Source: Gemmatimonadota bacterium (GTDB lineage Bacteria; Gemmatimonadota; Gemmatimonadetes; Palauibacterales; Palauibacteraceae). Taken from it: a stretch of 64,000 nt of DNA. Positions 52,185 to 61,407 of this stretch are shown here, piece by piece (the first letter of the stretch is position 1; every line of letters begins with the position of its first letter). The notes below the pieces were generated by a model, which made no database searches, was not told the DNA's origin, and saw nothing but the letters and a program-made list of their open reading frames with translations. Location: the NCBI GenBank assembly GCA_046758745.1, contig JBHIAV010000004.1, forward strand, positions 1 through 64,000, written 5' to 3'. The translations under genes were made by a program, and so were the position numbers.

Positions 52185-52411
52185 CTACCCGTCGTTTCCG
52201 CCAAAGGCAATGTCCAACGAAGCCTGCTCCGCCTGCGGCGGAGACGCGGCCGGCCACCGTGACCGACTCCCAAGTCGTTCGGCGATCCATCGCGCCCAAG
52301 ACAATGCCGAGCCACGCATGCTCTGCCTGCGGCAAGGATGCTCGTGCTCGAGGGCTAGCTCGCTCATCCGCTTACCGATCGATCTCGCCAAGAACAATGT
52401 CCAACGAAGCA
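52185..52411. repeat. 93-94 bp period array: degenerate nuoD 3'-end copies + palindromic hairpin + unique spacers
   Basis: 40-nt units start at 52185, 52279 and 52372 (the last is the real nuoD end); 23-nt hairpin motifs at 52225 and 52319. Confidence 0.85.
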
Positions 52412-54240
52412 TTGACGGCGATCACATCGGCCACCAGCCCGCCTTCCACCAGATACGGCAGGACGGCCAAGTTCACGAACGAAGGCCCGCGGAAGCGGCA
52501 CCGCACCGGTTTCGATCCCCCATCGGAGACGATCCCGAACCCGAGCTCGCCCTTCGACGCCTCGACCGAGTACCACACTTCGCCCGGCGGAACGTGCAGC
52601 CCTTCCATCACGAGCTTGAAGTGCGAGATCATGGCGTCGATGGACGACATCGCCGCGCTCTTCGGGGGCAGGATCACCGAAGGATCGTCGATGTTGATCG
52701 GACCGTCCGGAAGCCGGTCGAGCGCCTGTTGGATGATGCGCACGCTCTGTCGCATCTCCTCCAAGCGCACGAGATACCGGTCGTAGCTATCGCCGTGCTC
52801 ACCCACCGGAACGTCAAAGTCGTACTCCTCGTAACCGAGATACGGGCGCGCCTTTCGTACGTCGTATGCCACCCCGCTCGCCCGCAGGTTCGGGCCGGTG
52901 AGCCCGAAGCTTACCGCGGTGGGTCCGTCGATCACCCCGACGTCCACCGTGCGAGAGATCCAGATCGAGTTGTTGGTGAGCAGGCGCTCGACCTCGTCCA
53001 GGGTGGCAGGAAGGTTGTCCGCGAACTCCCGGGCTCCGTCGACCCACCCGGGCGGGAGGTCGGCGATCATCCCCCCGATTCGGGTTACGGAAGTGGTGAG
53101 GCGCGCCCCACAGTAGGCCTCGTGCAGGTTGTAGATGCGTTCGCGCTCCTGGAAGGTGTACAGGAACACGGTGAACGCCCCCAGGTCGATGCCGGTGGTC
53201 CCCAGCCAGAGCAGATGGCCATGGATCCGGTTCAGCTCGTTGAGGATCACCCGCAGCACGCGGCAGCGGGGCGTGATCTCGACGCCGAGCAGGCTCTCGA
53301 CCGCGAGTGCGTAGCCGATGTTGTATATCATCGGCGCGAGGTAGTCCATCCGATCCGTGTACGGCACGACCTGGTTCCACTCCCGGTACTCGCACGTCTT
53401 CTCGAACCCGGTGTGCAGGTATCCGATGTGAGGAATGCAGCGAACGACGGTCTCCCCATCCAGCTCGAGCACGAGACGCAGAACCCCGTGAGTGGCCGGG
53501 TGCTGCGGACCGAGGTTGATCAGCATCGTCTCGCCGCTCACGCCACCCTCATCCGCGAGAACGTCCTGTGGCATCCGGTCCGGGACGTCGCGCGGCCCCG
53601 ACTCGCCCGCAAGCCGGCCCGTCATTGCCAGCTCCTCGCGCGTGTAGATGTCCCCAACTTCCCCACTCATCGCCCGGCGCGTCTGCTCGGAGCGGCTGAA
53701 CCGGCCGCGCAGGGGAAAGTCCTTTCGGAGCGGGAAGCCTTCCTCGTAGTTCTCCGGCATGAGGATGCGGCGCAGGTCGGGATGTCCCCGGAAGGTGACG
53801 CCGAACAGGTCGTACACCTCCCTCTCGAGCCAGTCGGCCGTCCGCCACAGCGGGACCGCCGTGTCGATGGAGAGCGAGGTGAGCGGAAGCTCGCACACGA
53901 CGCGGAGCTGTCGGCCGTGTTCCATCGACCACAGCTGATACCACAGCTGAATCGGCCGGCCCCCTCCCGGATCGAATCCCATCACGTCCACGAGGAGATC
54001 GTACGCCTGCGAAGGCTCTTCCTTGAGGAAGCGCAGAATGTCGATGTTGTAGACAGGATCGACGCGGACGACGGTGACTCCGATCGCATCCGCCATCGCG
54101 GGACCGGTCGCGGCGCCGAACCGTTGGCGGAGCGCACGAACGGAAGGATGTTCCTCGGGTGGCGGACGGCCCTCCCTCCCGCGTACGGATTCGCCGAGAA
54201 CGAGGCCGGGGGGAGCTTCCGGCGTCGAGGTCACGGGCAT
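52372..54240 (-). CDS. nuoCD: Fused NADH-quinone oxidoreductase subunit C/D
   Basis: NuoC 'EREVYDLFG...HPDLRRIL...PLRKDFP' then NuoD 'GPQHPATHGVLR', ending 'DIVLGEIDR'. Confidence 0.96.
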   Translation of the reverse strand: MPVTSTPEAPPGLVLGESVRGREGRPPPEEHPSVRALRQRFGAATGPAMADAIGVTVVRVDPVYNIDILRFLKEEPSQAYDLLVDVMGFDPGGGRPIQLWYQLWSMEHGRQLRVVCELPLTSLSIDTAVPLWRTADWLEREVYDLFGVTFRGHPDLRRILMPENYEEGFPLRKDFPLRGRFSRSEQTRRAMSGEVGDIYTREELAMTGRLAGESGPRDVPDRMPQDVLADEGGVSGETMLINLGPQHPATHGVLRLVLELDGETVVRCIPHIGYLHTGFEKTCEYREWNQVVPYTDRMDYLAPMIYNIGYALAVESLLGVEITPRCRVLRVILNELNRIHGHLLWLGTTGIDLGAFTVFLYTFQERERIYNLHEAYCGARLTTSVTRIGGMIADLPPGWVDGAREFADNLPATLDEVERLLTNNSIWISRTVDVGVIDGPTAVSFGLTGPNLRASGVAYDVRKARPYLGYEEYDFDVPVGEHGDSYDRYLVRLEEMRQSVRIIQQALDRLPDGPINIDDPSVILPPKSAAMSSIDAMISHFKLVMEGLHVPPGEVWYSVEASKGELGFGIVSDGGSKPVRCRFRGPSFVNLAVLPYLVEGGLVADVIAVNASLDIVLGEIDR

Positions 54241-54247
54241 CCGGGAG

Positions 54248-54952
54248 TCAGTTTTGATGCTCGAGCAGGCGTTCGCGCCGGTCTCGCGGTCGGCGGACGG
54301 CCGCCGTCGGCTCGATGCCGCTCACGCGGTTCTGTCCCGTCGAGTTCCCGAATGGCTGGGCGACCAGCTCGATCGCCTCCGGTGGAAGGTTGGGGCGGCC
54401 GGTGGCTTCGGGGCTCTCCTCGCGCAGCGAGCTGTTCCGGAGCGACTCGCCCTTGATCTTCTCCTGGATCATGAGGAGCCCGTAGATCAAGCCCTCCGGG
54501 CGGGGCGGGCAGCCCGGAACATACACATCGACGGGGATGATCGTGTCGATCCCCTGCACGATGGTGTAGTTGTCGAACATCCCGCCCGAGCTGGCGCACG
54601 CCCCCATCGATACGCACCACTTGGGCTGCGGCATCTGGTCCCAGATCTTCCGCAGTACGGGAGCGAGCTTGTAGCTCACTCTGCCCGCCACAATCATGAC
54701 ATCCGCCTGCCGCGGGCTGAACGACATCCGCTCCATGCCGAAGCGCGCCAGATCATACTTCGACGCGGCGGACGCCATCATCTCAATCGCGCAGCAGGCC
54801 GTGCCGAAGGGCATGGGCCATAGCGAGTTCCGGCGCGCCCAGTTGATCACGTAGTCGAGCCGGGTGGTCAGCCATCCGGCCGGAACGCCGGTGTCCAGCT
54901 CGCGCATTCCGTCGCCGTTCACGGCAGGGAGCTTCTTTCTTGCGGAGGTCAT
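54248..54952 (-). CDS. nuoB: NADH-quinone oxidoreductase subunit B
   Basis: 'TACCAIEM', 'SPRQAD', 'PGCPPRPE'. Confidence 0.97.
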   Translation of the reverse strand: MTSARKKLPAVNGDGMRELDTGVPAGWLTTRLDYVINWARRNSLWPMPFGTACCAIEMMASAASKYDLARFGMERMSFSPRQADVMIVAGRVSYKLAPVLRKIWDQMPQPKWCVSMGACASSGGMFDNYTIVQGIDTIIPVDVYVPGCPPRPEGLIYGLLMIQEKIKGESLRNSSLREESPEATGRPNLPPEAIELVAQPFGNSTGQNRVSGIEPTAAVRRPRDRRERLLEHQN

Positions 54953-54953
54953 T

Positions 54954-55310
54954 TCAATCCCACTCCAGAGCGCCCTTCTTCCACGCGTAGGCCAGCCCGG
55001 CTCCCAGCACGATCACGAAGACCGTCATCTCGACGAAACCGAACAGCCCCAGCTCCCGATAGATGGCCGCCCACGGAATGAAGAAGATCGTCTCGATATC
55101 GAAGACGATGAACAGCATCGCCACGATGTAGAACTTGACGGAGAACCGTTCCCGCGTGTCGCCGAGCGGCGGGATGCCGGACTCGTACGCGCTTCGCTTG
55201 GCCGGCGTGGGGCGATACACGCTTGCCAAGCGCGAAAGAACGATGAGAAGCGCTGCGTTGAGAACCGCCGCTATGGTGAGGAAGAGGATCCCCAGATACC
55301 CCTGCTTCAT
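54954..55310 (-). CDS. nuoA: NADH-quinone oxidoreductase subunit A
   Basis: 'YESG', 'FIVFDIE', 'KKGALEW'; start ATG at 55310 or 55322. Confidence 0.96.
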   Translation of the reverse strand: MKQGYLGILFLTIAAVLNAALLIVLSRLASVYRPTPAKRSAYESGIPPLGDTRERFSVKFYIVAMLFIVFDIETIFFIPWAAIYRELGLFGFVEMTVFVIVLGAGLAYAWKKGALEWD

Positions 55311-55325
55311 CCGTATCCGCATAAC

Positions 55326-55343
55326 TTGTGAAAAACTTCACTT
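55326..55343. promoter_or_regulatory. Rex-type operator
   Basis: TTGTGAA-AAAC-TTCACTT versus Rex consensus TTGTGAA-N4-TTCACAA (12/14), just upstream of nuoA. Confidence 0.7.
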
Positions 55344-55352
55344 GGCGCGCCG

Positions 55353-55382
55353 AACATAGCGGAGGCTTCGTGACCCCGTCAA
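55353..55382 (-). promoter_or_regulatory. Putative sigma-70 promoter of the nuo operon
   Basis: Minus strand TTGACG, 18 nt spacer, TATGTT. Confidence 0.55.
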
Positions 55383-55642
55383 GAAAATTCCGCCAGAACG
55401 GGGGCGTGCGCATGGCCGCACCCGGTCCCTCCCGCAGAACGGCCGCGCCCGCCGATCCCGGAGTCACGAGCCGAGCCGGTTGATCCTCCGGAACGGACCG
55501 GGCATATTCGGGCGGCCTCGTCCCGGCAGTACGAACCCGCGCCTGCGGCACCCGGAACGCTGTCGCGGCGCACGAGACGCTCCACCGCCCGGCCGCCTGC
55601 CCGCGCCGGAGGAACCGAATCGATTCGGGGGTAACCCGCTGC

Positions 55643-56197
55643 ATGGCCATCAAGAACGACACGTGGATCCGGCGCATGGCTCTGGAGCACCGGATGATCG
55701 AACCTTTCCAGGAGAATCAGGTCGGTGAGGGAGTCATCTCCTACGGCCTCAGCAGCTACGGCTACGACATGCGCGTCGCGGACGAGTTCCGCATCTTTCA
55801 TAATGCGCTCTCTCCCGTAGTGGATCCGAAGGCGTTCGACCAGCGCTCTTTCGTGGAGTACAGGGGGGACGTGTGCATCATCCCGCCGAATTCGTTCGGC
55901 CTCGCACGTTCGGTCGAGTACTTCCGGATCCCGCGCAACGTTCTCACCATCTGCGTCGGAAAGTCGACCTATGCCCGCTGCGGAATCATCACCAACGTCA
56001 CTCCCTTCGAGCCGGAGTGGGAAGGGTATGTGACCCTGGAGATCAGCAACACGACTCCCCTTCCCGCCCGGATCTACGCCAACGAGGGAATCGCCCAGGT
56101 GATCTTCTTCGAATCGGACGCGCCGTGCGAGATTAGCTACCGTGACCGGAAGGGAAAGTACCAGGGTCAGACGGGGGTGACGCCCCCGCGCCTCTGA
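55643..56197 (+). CDS. dcd: dCTP deaminase
   Basis: '[11 protein letters not shown]', 'GKSTYARCG', 'TPFEPEWEG', 'YQGQTGVT'. Confidence 0.96.
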   Translation: MAIKNDTWIRRMALEHRMIEPFQENQVGEGVISYGLSSYGYDMRVADEFRIFHNALSPVVDPKAFDQRSFVEYRGDVCIIPPNSFGLARSVEYFRIPRNVLTICVGKSTYARCGIITNVTPFEPEWEGYVTLEISNTTPLPARIYANEGIAQVIFFESDAPCEISYRDRKGKYQGQTGVTPPRL

Positions 56198-56269
56198 TTG
56201 TCCGCCGGAGAGCGATCATTCCGAGACGGGAGTTGGAAGAGGCCGGGCGGCAAAGCGGGCAAGCCGGTC

Positions 56270-56644
56270 CTATCCGGCTTTCCGGAGCGCGCCGGCCGCG
56301 ACAAGAAGCCACCCGGCCAGGAACGCGGCGCCGCCCACGGGCGTGATCGCCCCGGGCCAGCGGGACCCGCCGATCGCCAATGTGTAGAGACTGCCCGAGA
56401 AGAGTAGCGTTCCGGAAAGGAAGGACCAGCCGGCCGCCCTCCACGGCCAAGCGGGGCGTCGTCCGGCGGCGAGCGCCACGAACAGCAACGCGAGCGCGTG
56501 CACGAGCTGATAGCGCACTCCGGTCTCGAACGTGACCAGGCGATCCACAGGCAGCCGCGCGCGCAGCAGGTGGGCCCCGAACGCTCCGCCGGCGACGCCG
56601 GTGAAGGCGAGCGCGGCGCCGAAGGCGGCGAAGAGCCTGTGCAT
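56270..56644 (-). CDS. DUF423 (YgdD/TMEM256) membrane protein
   Basis: 'GAFGAH', 'TGVRYQLVHA', 'FSGSLY', 'GAITPVGG'; ATG at 56644. Confidence 0.92.
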   Translation of the reverse strand: MHRLFAAFGAALAFTGVAGGAFGAHLLRARLPVDRLVTFETGVRYQLVHALALLFVALAAGRRPAWPWRAAGWSFLSGTLLFSGSLYTLAIGGSRWPGAITPVGGAAFLAGWLLVAAGALRKAG

Positions 56645-56787
56645 GGGCGGCAACCTAGCGGCGCCGCCCGCGCACCGCGAGTGTAGTGAGGCGACCGGGG
56701 GGCACCACCAGAATCGGAGGGATGATGGGGCGGCGCGCGAGCGGGTTTGAGAACCGACGCAGTCGAGAAAGGGGGCGGAGAGGCGCG

Positions 56788-58134
56788 ATGGCTGAAGGAG
56801 GGACCGGGGACCGCGGGTCCGGGGGTCGAGTTGTGGTAGCGATCCTCGCGGGCGAGGAGGAGCTGGACGCTGCCGCGCGAGGAGGGTTGGAGGAACTGGA
56901 TCAGGAGATTCGAGTGTACGAGGATCCGGGGGAGGCGCTGGAGGCAATCCGGGAGGCTGGACCCGATCTCGTGATCGTCGACGCGGCCGTACCGGGAGCC
57001 GACCCCGCGGCGTTCCGTGAGGCGCTGAGCGAGCGGGCCGTCAGCCCGGAGGACCAGCTCCTGGTTGTCCTCGCGCCCGGCCGGACGGGGCCGCCCCCCG
57101 TCCCGACCGGCATCCGGCACTACCTTTCGCGTCCCTTCCCGCCGGATGCCCTGCGCGCGTACGCCGCTTCCCTCCTCGGTGCATCGACCGCAGGGGTGGA
57201 ACGGGCCGCAAGGGGCTCCGGTGTGAGGCCCCGTCTGCCCTCTAATGCAGCGGTGCAGCGTCTGTACGGCGAGGCCGGACGTTGGGTCGGGGCGATGCTC
57301 GACCGAGCGCGGGCCGGGGAGGAGCTCGAGATCTCCCGCTGCCGGCCTATCGCCGAGGAGATCCTGACCGACCTGCTGCGCAGCAATGCGCTCGTGCTCA
57401 AGTCGCTCGAGCCCCATGGGTCATACGACCTTCCAAGCCACTGTGTGAACGTGGCGATCATGGCGGGAAAGATCGCCAACGGCCTCGCGTACGATCTAGA
57501 GCGCACCCTGGAGGTCGTGCAGGCCGGACTGCTCCACGACATCGGGATGGCCAAGATCCCGGGGCAGCTCCTCGTCAAGAAGGGTCCCCTTACCGAGGTC
57601 GAGCTGGCAAAGATACGGCGTCACCCCGAATACGGGGCCGAGATGATCGCCGCGCTCGGGCCACGCTATGAGTGGATGGCGCGAGCGGTGAGACAGGAGC
57701 ACGAGCGGCTGAACGGCCAGGGCTACCCGCAGGGTCTCTCGGGGGACGAGATCGACCCGATCGCGCGGATCCTCGCCGTGGCGGATGTGTTCGAGGCGCT
57801 CTCGCACCCCCGGGCCTATCGCTCACCGTTCACTGCGTTCGACGCCCTCCAGAAGGTGGTGGGGATGCAGCGGGAATACTTCGCGCGGGACGTGGTCTCG
57901 GCGTTGGTGAACGAGATCTCCTCCTTCCCGCTGGACAGCTTCGTGCAGCTGAACACAGGCGAGATCGGCCGGGTCGTAGCCACGAATCCAGACAACCTGC
58001 TGCGGCCGAAGGTTCTTATCCTGTGGGATGCGGCCTGGAAGCCTTTGCCCGAGCCGCGCGGGCTCGACCTGGCGCTCGACCCGGGGATCTCGATCACCCG
58101 CACGCTGCACGAGGCCGAGCTGCCGATCACCTGA
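56788..58134 (+). CDS. Receiver-like + HD-GYP domain protein (putative cyclic dinucleotide phosphodiesterase)
   Basis: 'PDLVIVD' receiver-like N-terminus; 'HCVNV', 'LLHDIG', 'EHERLNGQGYP', 'ADVFEAL', 'RAYR'. Confidence 0.88.
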   Translation: MAEGGTGDRGSGGRVVVAILAGEEELDAAARGGLEELDQEIRVYEDPGEALEAIREAGPDLVIVDAAVPGADPAAFREALSERAVSPEDQLLVVLAPGRTGPPPVPTGIRHYLSRPFPPDALRAYAASLLGASTAGVERAARGSGVRPRLPSNAAVQRLYGEAGRWVGAMLDRARAGEELEISRCRPIAEEILTDLLRSNALVLKSLEPHGSYDLPSHCVNVAIMAGKIANGLAYDLERTLEVVQAGLLHDIGMAKIPGQLLVKKGPLTEVELAKIRRHPEYGAEMIAALGPRYEWMARAVRQEHERLNGQGYPQGLSGDEIDPIARILAVADVFEALSHPRAYRSPFTAFDALQKVVGMQREYFARDVVSALVNEISSFPLDSFVQLNTGEIGRVVATNPDNLLRPKVLILWDAAWKPLPEPRGLDLALDPGISITRTLHEAELPIT

Positions 58135-58244
58135 AGGGAGCGCAACGGGAGGCCGGTTTTCCGCTCGCGCCGCTCACGAACCGCGGGAGCGACAGGCGCC
58201 GCTCCCACCGGTCATGCCCCTCAGGTTCTCGACTGGATCGTGGT

Positions 58245-59276
58245 CTATCCGCTCACGAGCACGGCGGCGGTCACGGCCGACTGCCACAGAAGCCCCACTC
58301 CACGCCACTGTCCGCTCTCGAGCTTGGCTATGCCGGCCTCCCGCAGTCGGATCGCCAGAGCGAGGATCGCCTCCTGCGCCGGGGTCGGATCCTCACCGAT
58401 CGCCGCCCGTGCCTCCTCGATCAGCCGGGTGGCCACCTCGAGCAGGAGGCGGGCATCCTCCTGCGTCGGACGCTCGGCGCCGAGGACGGCGATGAGCGCA
58501 TACTCCTGCCCCCGCCAGCTCAGCAGCGCAGCCCGGCGAAGAGCGCCGAACTCGAGAACCGCCTGCGCGCGTCGCACCAGCTCGACGGCGTGGGCCTGGA
58601 TCCGCTCCTGGACCGGCGTCGGATCATCTCCGATGAGGCGTGCCGAGAGCTCGACTGCCCGGATCCCGCGCGCGATCTGCAGCCTCGCGTACGCGAGGGT
58701 GATGTGGCGCAGCGTGTCGTGCCTCAACCGGAAGTGGTCGGTCACCTGCAGGGCCAGGATCAGACGCTCCACGGCGTGGACCGGCTGGCCCTCGGCCTCG
58801 AAGGCCCGCGCCTGCTCGAGAAGCTCGGTCAGCACCTGCTCGAGCTGGTCGATCCGATCGAACTCGGCGGAGGCCTCGGCCAGACGGTCGCGGATCGTCT
58901 CCACGCGCGCGAACAGCTCATCGACCACCTCCTCCCCTCGCGTCTCCAGCAGATGCCGCGCGAGCTCGAGACGGGCCTCCCTCGCGCGCCGGCGCGCCGT
59001 TTCGGGATCGCCGTCCAGCGACGCGAGGCGGGCTTCATCGAACAGCCCCTCGGCCTCCGCCAGCGGTCCGGTGATGGCGTCGGGCGACGCGCCGAGCGAC
59101 AGGGCTATGTCCTCGAGCGCCACCGCCGCGAGCAGGGAGTCGCCGGCCACTTGTGCCTCGACATCGCCGCCGATGCCTGGCGCGGATGGGTCCGGTTCGG
59201 TCGGTGAGTCCCCACATGCAGCGAGACCGCCGGCCAGCAGCAAAGCGAGCACTGCGCTCTTCCTCGGAGTACCCAT
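58245..59276 (-). CDS. Hypothetical alpha-helical lipoprotein
   Basis: 'LLLAGGLAACGDSPTEP' lipobox; Ala/Leu/Glu/Arg-rich helical body; GGAG upstream of ATG 59276. Confidence 0.75.
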   Translation of the reverse strand: MGTPRKSAVLALLLAGGLAACGDSPTEPDPSAPGIGGDVEAQVAGDSLLAAVALEDIALSLGASPDAITGPLAEAEGLFDEARLASLDGDPETARRRAREARLELARHLLETRGEEVVDELFARVETIRDRLAEASAEFDRIDQLEQVLTELLEQARAFEAEGQPVHAVERLILALQVTDHFRLRHDTLRHITLAYARLQIARGIRAVELSARLIGDDPTPVQERIQAHAVELVRRAQAVLEFGALRRAALLSWRGQEYALIAVLGAERPTQEDARLLLEVATRLIEEARAAIGEDPTPAQEAILALAIRLREAGIAKLESGQWRGVGLLWQSAVTAAVLVSG

Positions 59277-59385
59277 GCTCCCTCCCATACTCATGGCCGG
59301 AGCCTCGGCCCGGCCGGATGGTCTCTCTCGCTCTGATCGTAAGACGATGCGAGCGGGCGTTTCGTTAACCGGCCGCGCCAGCCGC

Positions 59386-59916
59386 TCAGCGCGCTCGCAG
59401 GCCCGTGACGAGGTAGGAGCGATCGCGCGCATCGAACTCGACCAACCGCACCGTCCGGCCGAACGGAAGCACCTCACCGGAAGAGTGGCAGCGGACGACG
59501 TGCATCACGCCGTCATCGTCCTGCCACTGGACGCGACCCGAGCCAGGCTCGGATGCGACCTGGCGGCTGACCACGATCGCCTCAAGTCCTTCGTGCCCCG
59601 GCTCCGTGAGCCGTACATCCCGGATCGGCGGAAAATGACGGTCGCGGAAGCGCACGGCCGCTCGCCCTGTGAGGAGGCCGACGGCGATCGACACCGCCAG
59701 AACCAGGGGAAAGCGCGGCGCGGGGGACCCGAGCGCCAGGTCATGGATCGCACCATTCCACGTGAGACCCGTAATGGCCGCGGCGATCAGGCCGGCCGTC
59801 GCGCCGAGCGAATCCCCTCCGAGCCGCCGCGCCACCGGCACCGAAGCGGCCGCGACGACGGCGGCCAGCACGAAGGGGAGGTTGTACGGCTCGGCGAGGA
59901 ACGCCAGGTAGCTCAA
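59386..59916 (-). CDS. YqiJ/NfeD-like membrane protein (3 TM + OB-fold-like C-terminus)
   Basis: 'NLPF' start, three hydrophobic helices, 'GRVQWQDDDGVMHVVRC...VRLVEFD'. Confidence 0.55.
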   Translation of the reverse strand: MSYLAFLAEPYNLPFVLAAVVAAASVPVARRLGGDSLGATAGLIAAAITGLTWNGAIHDLALGSPAPRFPLVLAVSIAVGLLTGRAAVRFRDRHFPPIRDVRLTEPGHEGLEAIVVSRQVASEPGSGRVQWQDDDGVMHVVRCHSSGEVLPFGRTVRLVEFDARDRSYLVTGLRAR

Positions 59917-60021
59917 GGCACCGGACCCTCGGTCAGGGGAGCGGGGTGTCGGTGCCGGCTGTGCCTGCTCGCTCCGGGTCGCTCGCCGAGGCGCCGCCCG
60001 GGTCCGGACGTATCGGGCGAC

Positions 60022-60951
60022 TCAGGCGAACTGCACGATCTCCATCGTCTCATGCACCGCGGCTGCCGACGCGCGAAGGGCCCGCCGCTCCTCGTCGTCG
60101 AGCTCTACCTGGTAAATCTCCTCGATGCCCGAGCTGCCGAGCTTGCACGGGACGCCCAGGAAGAGCCCCTCGAGCCCGTACTCTCCCTCGAGCCAGCAGG
60201 CACACGGGAGGACCCGCCGCTTGTCACGCACGATCGACTCGCACATCTGCGTCACGGCGGCCGAGGGGGCGTAGTACGCGCTCCCCTCCTTGAGAAGGCC
60301 GACGATCTCGCCGCCGCCCTTGCGCGTACGCTCGACAAGCGCCCGGATGCGATCCTCCGGGAGGAGCTGCCGAAGCGGGATGCCTCCGACGGAGACCGTG
60401 CTCACCAGGGGCACCATGCTGTCGCCGTGCCCTCCGAGCACCAGGGCCTGGACGTCCTCGACGCTCACGTCGAGCTCCATGGCAATGAAGCTCCGGAAGC
60501 GGGCCGTGTCGAGAACGCCGGCCATGCCGACGACCCGCTCTCTGGGAAAGCCGGTCACTTCCTTGGCCACATACGCCATCACGTCGAGCGGGTTGGTGAC
60601 CATGACGATGATCGAGTCGGGGCTCTGCTCGCGGATCTGCTCGGCGATACCGCTGACGATGCCGGCGTTCTTCTGCACCAGATCGTCGCGGCTCATGCCC
60701 GGCTTTCGGGCCAGCCCGGCGGTCACGACGTAGATCTCCGAGCCGGCCGTCTCCTCGTACCTCTGAGCGCCGCGGATCATCGTATCGAATCCCTCCACCG
60801 GGGCCGATTCCCACTGATCGAGCGCCTTCCCCTGAGGCATTCCCTCGACGATGTCGATCAGGACGACCTCGCGCGCCAGCTCGCGCTCGGCGATCCGCTG
60901 CGCCGTAGTGGCCCCTACGTGCCCGGCACCGACGACCGTGATCTTGTCCAC
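60022..60951 (-). CDS. mdh: Malate dehydrogenase (LDH-like)
   Basis: 'VGAGHVG', 'RKPGMSRDDL', 'LDTARF', 'GGHGD', 'GSAYYAP'. Confidence 0.96.
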   Translation of the reverse strand: MDKITVVGAGHVGATTAQRIAERELAREVVLIDIVEGMPQGKALDQWESAPVEGFDTMIRGAQRYEETAGSEIYVVTAGLARKPGMSRDDLVQKNAGIVSGIAEQIREQSPDSIIVMVTNPLDVMAYVAKEVTGFPRERVVGMAGVLDTARFRSFIAMELDVSVEDVQALVLGGHGDSMVPLVSTVSVGGIPLRQLLPEDRIRALVERTRKGGGEIVGLLKEGSAYYAPSAAVTQMCESIVRDKRRVLPCACWLEGEYGLEGLFLGVPCKLGSSGIEEIYQVELDDEERRALRASAAAVHETMEIVQFA

Positions 60952-61122
60952 GTCTCTTACCGCCCCCTCAAGCTGATTGTCCGGCCGGCCTCCGGCCGCC
61001 ACCGACCCCTAGCGCCTCTTCCGCGCGGCGTGCATCCCCGAGGGTGAGGGCCGACCGAGCGAAGGACTCGCGCCGCGGGAGCGGCGCGAGAGCCGGCAGG
61101 CCAGAGGTGTCCTCCCGGGTCG

Positions 61123-61362
61123 TCAGCCCCGACGTGCGGCGAGGGCGTCGGCGCGCCGTGCCGCCTCGCCCGCGATCGCCTCCAGCGCGCGGTCCCACCG
61201 CTCGGGGCTCATGCGCTCGACCGCCGCCTCCACGATGTCCAGGAGATCGAGAAGCTCGGCTCGGGTGACGGGGCCGTCCGAATCCTCTTCCTGCAGGGCG
61301 CTTCGAAGGGCGGCGATCCGTTCCCGGAGCTCCTGATATCGCTGTCGCTCTTCGTAGGTCAT
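61123..61362 (-). CDS. Small hypothetical helical protein
   Basis: 79-codon ORF with an AAGGT RBS-like site and host-like codon use, between moaA and mdh. Confidence 0.55.
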   Translation of the reverse strand: MTYEERQRYQELRERIAALRSALQEEDSDGPVTRAELLDLLDIVEAAVERMSPERWDRALEAIAGEAARRADALAARRG

Positions 61363-61407
61363 ATGCTTACCTTCGCAACCCACCTGCTATCCGCCGCTCC
61401 GCACCCA

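Noticed and set aside
52185-52367. 60-aa ORF resembling a four-helix-bundle protein (MRGSALSWARWIAE)
   Set aside because: The resemblance comes from reading nuoD copy B in another frame; the repeat explains it better.
52185-52411. Array as a CRISPR
   Set aside because: The repeats derive from nuoD coding sequence, are highly diverged and number only 2-3; no cas gene or leader.
52185-52411. DGR template/variable repeat pair
   Set aside because: Mismatches are not adenine-specific and there is no RT in the window.
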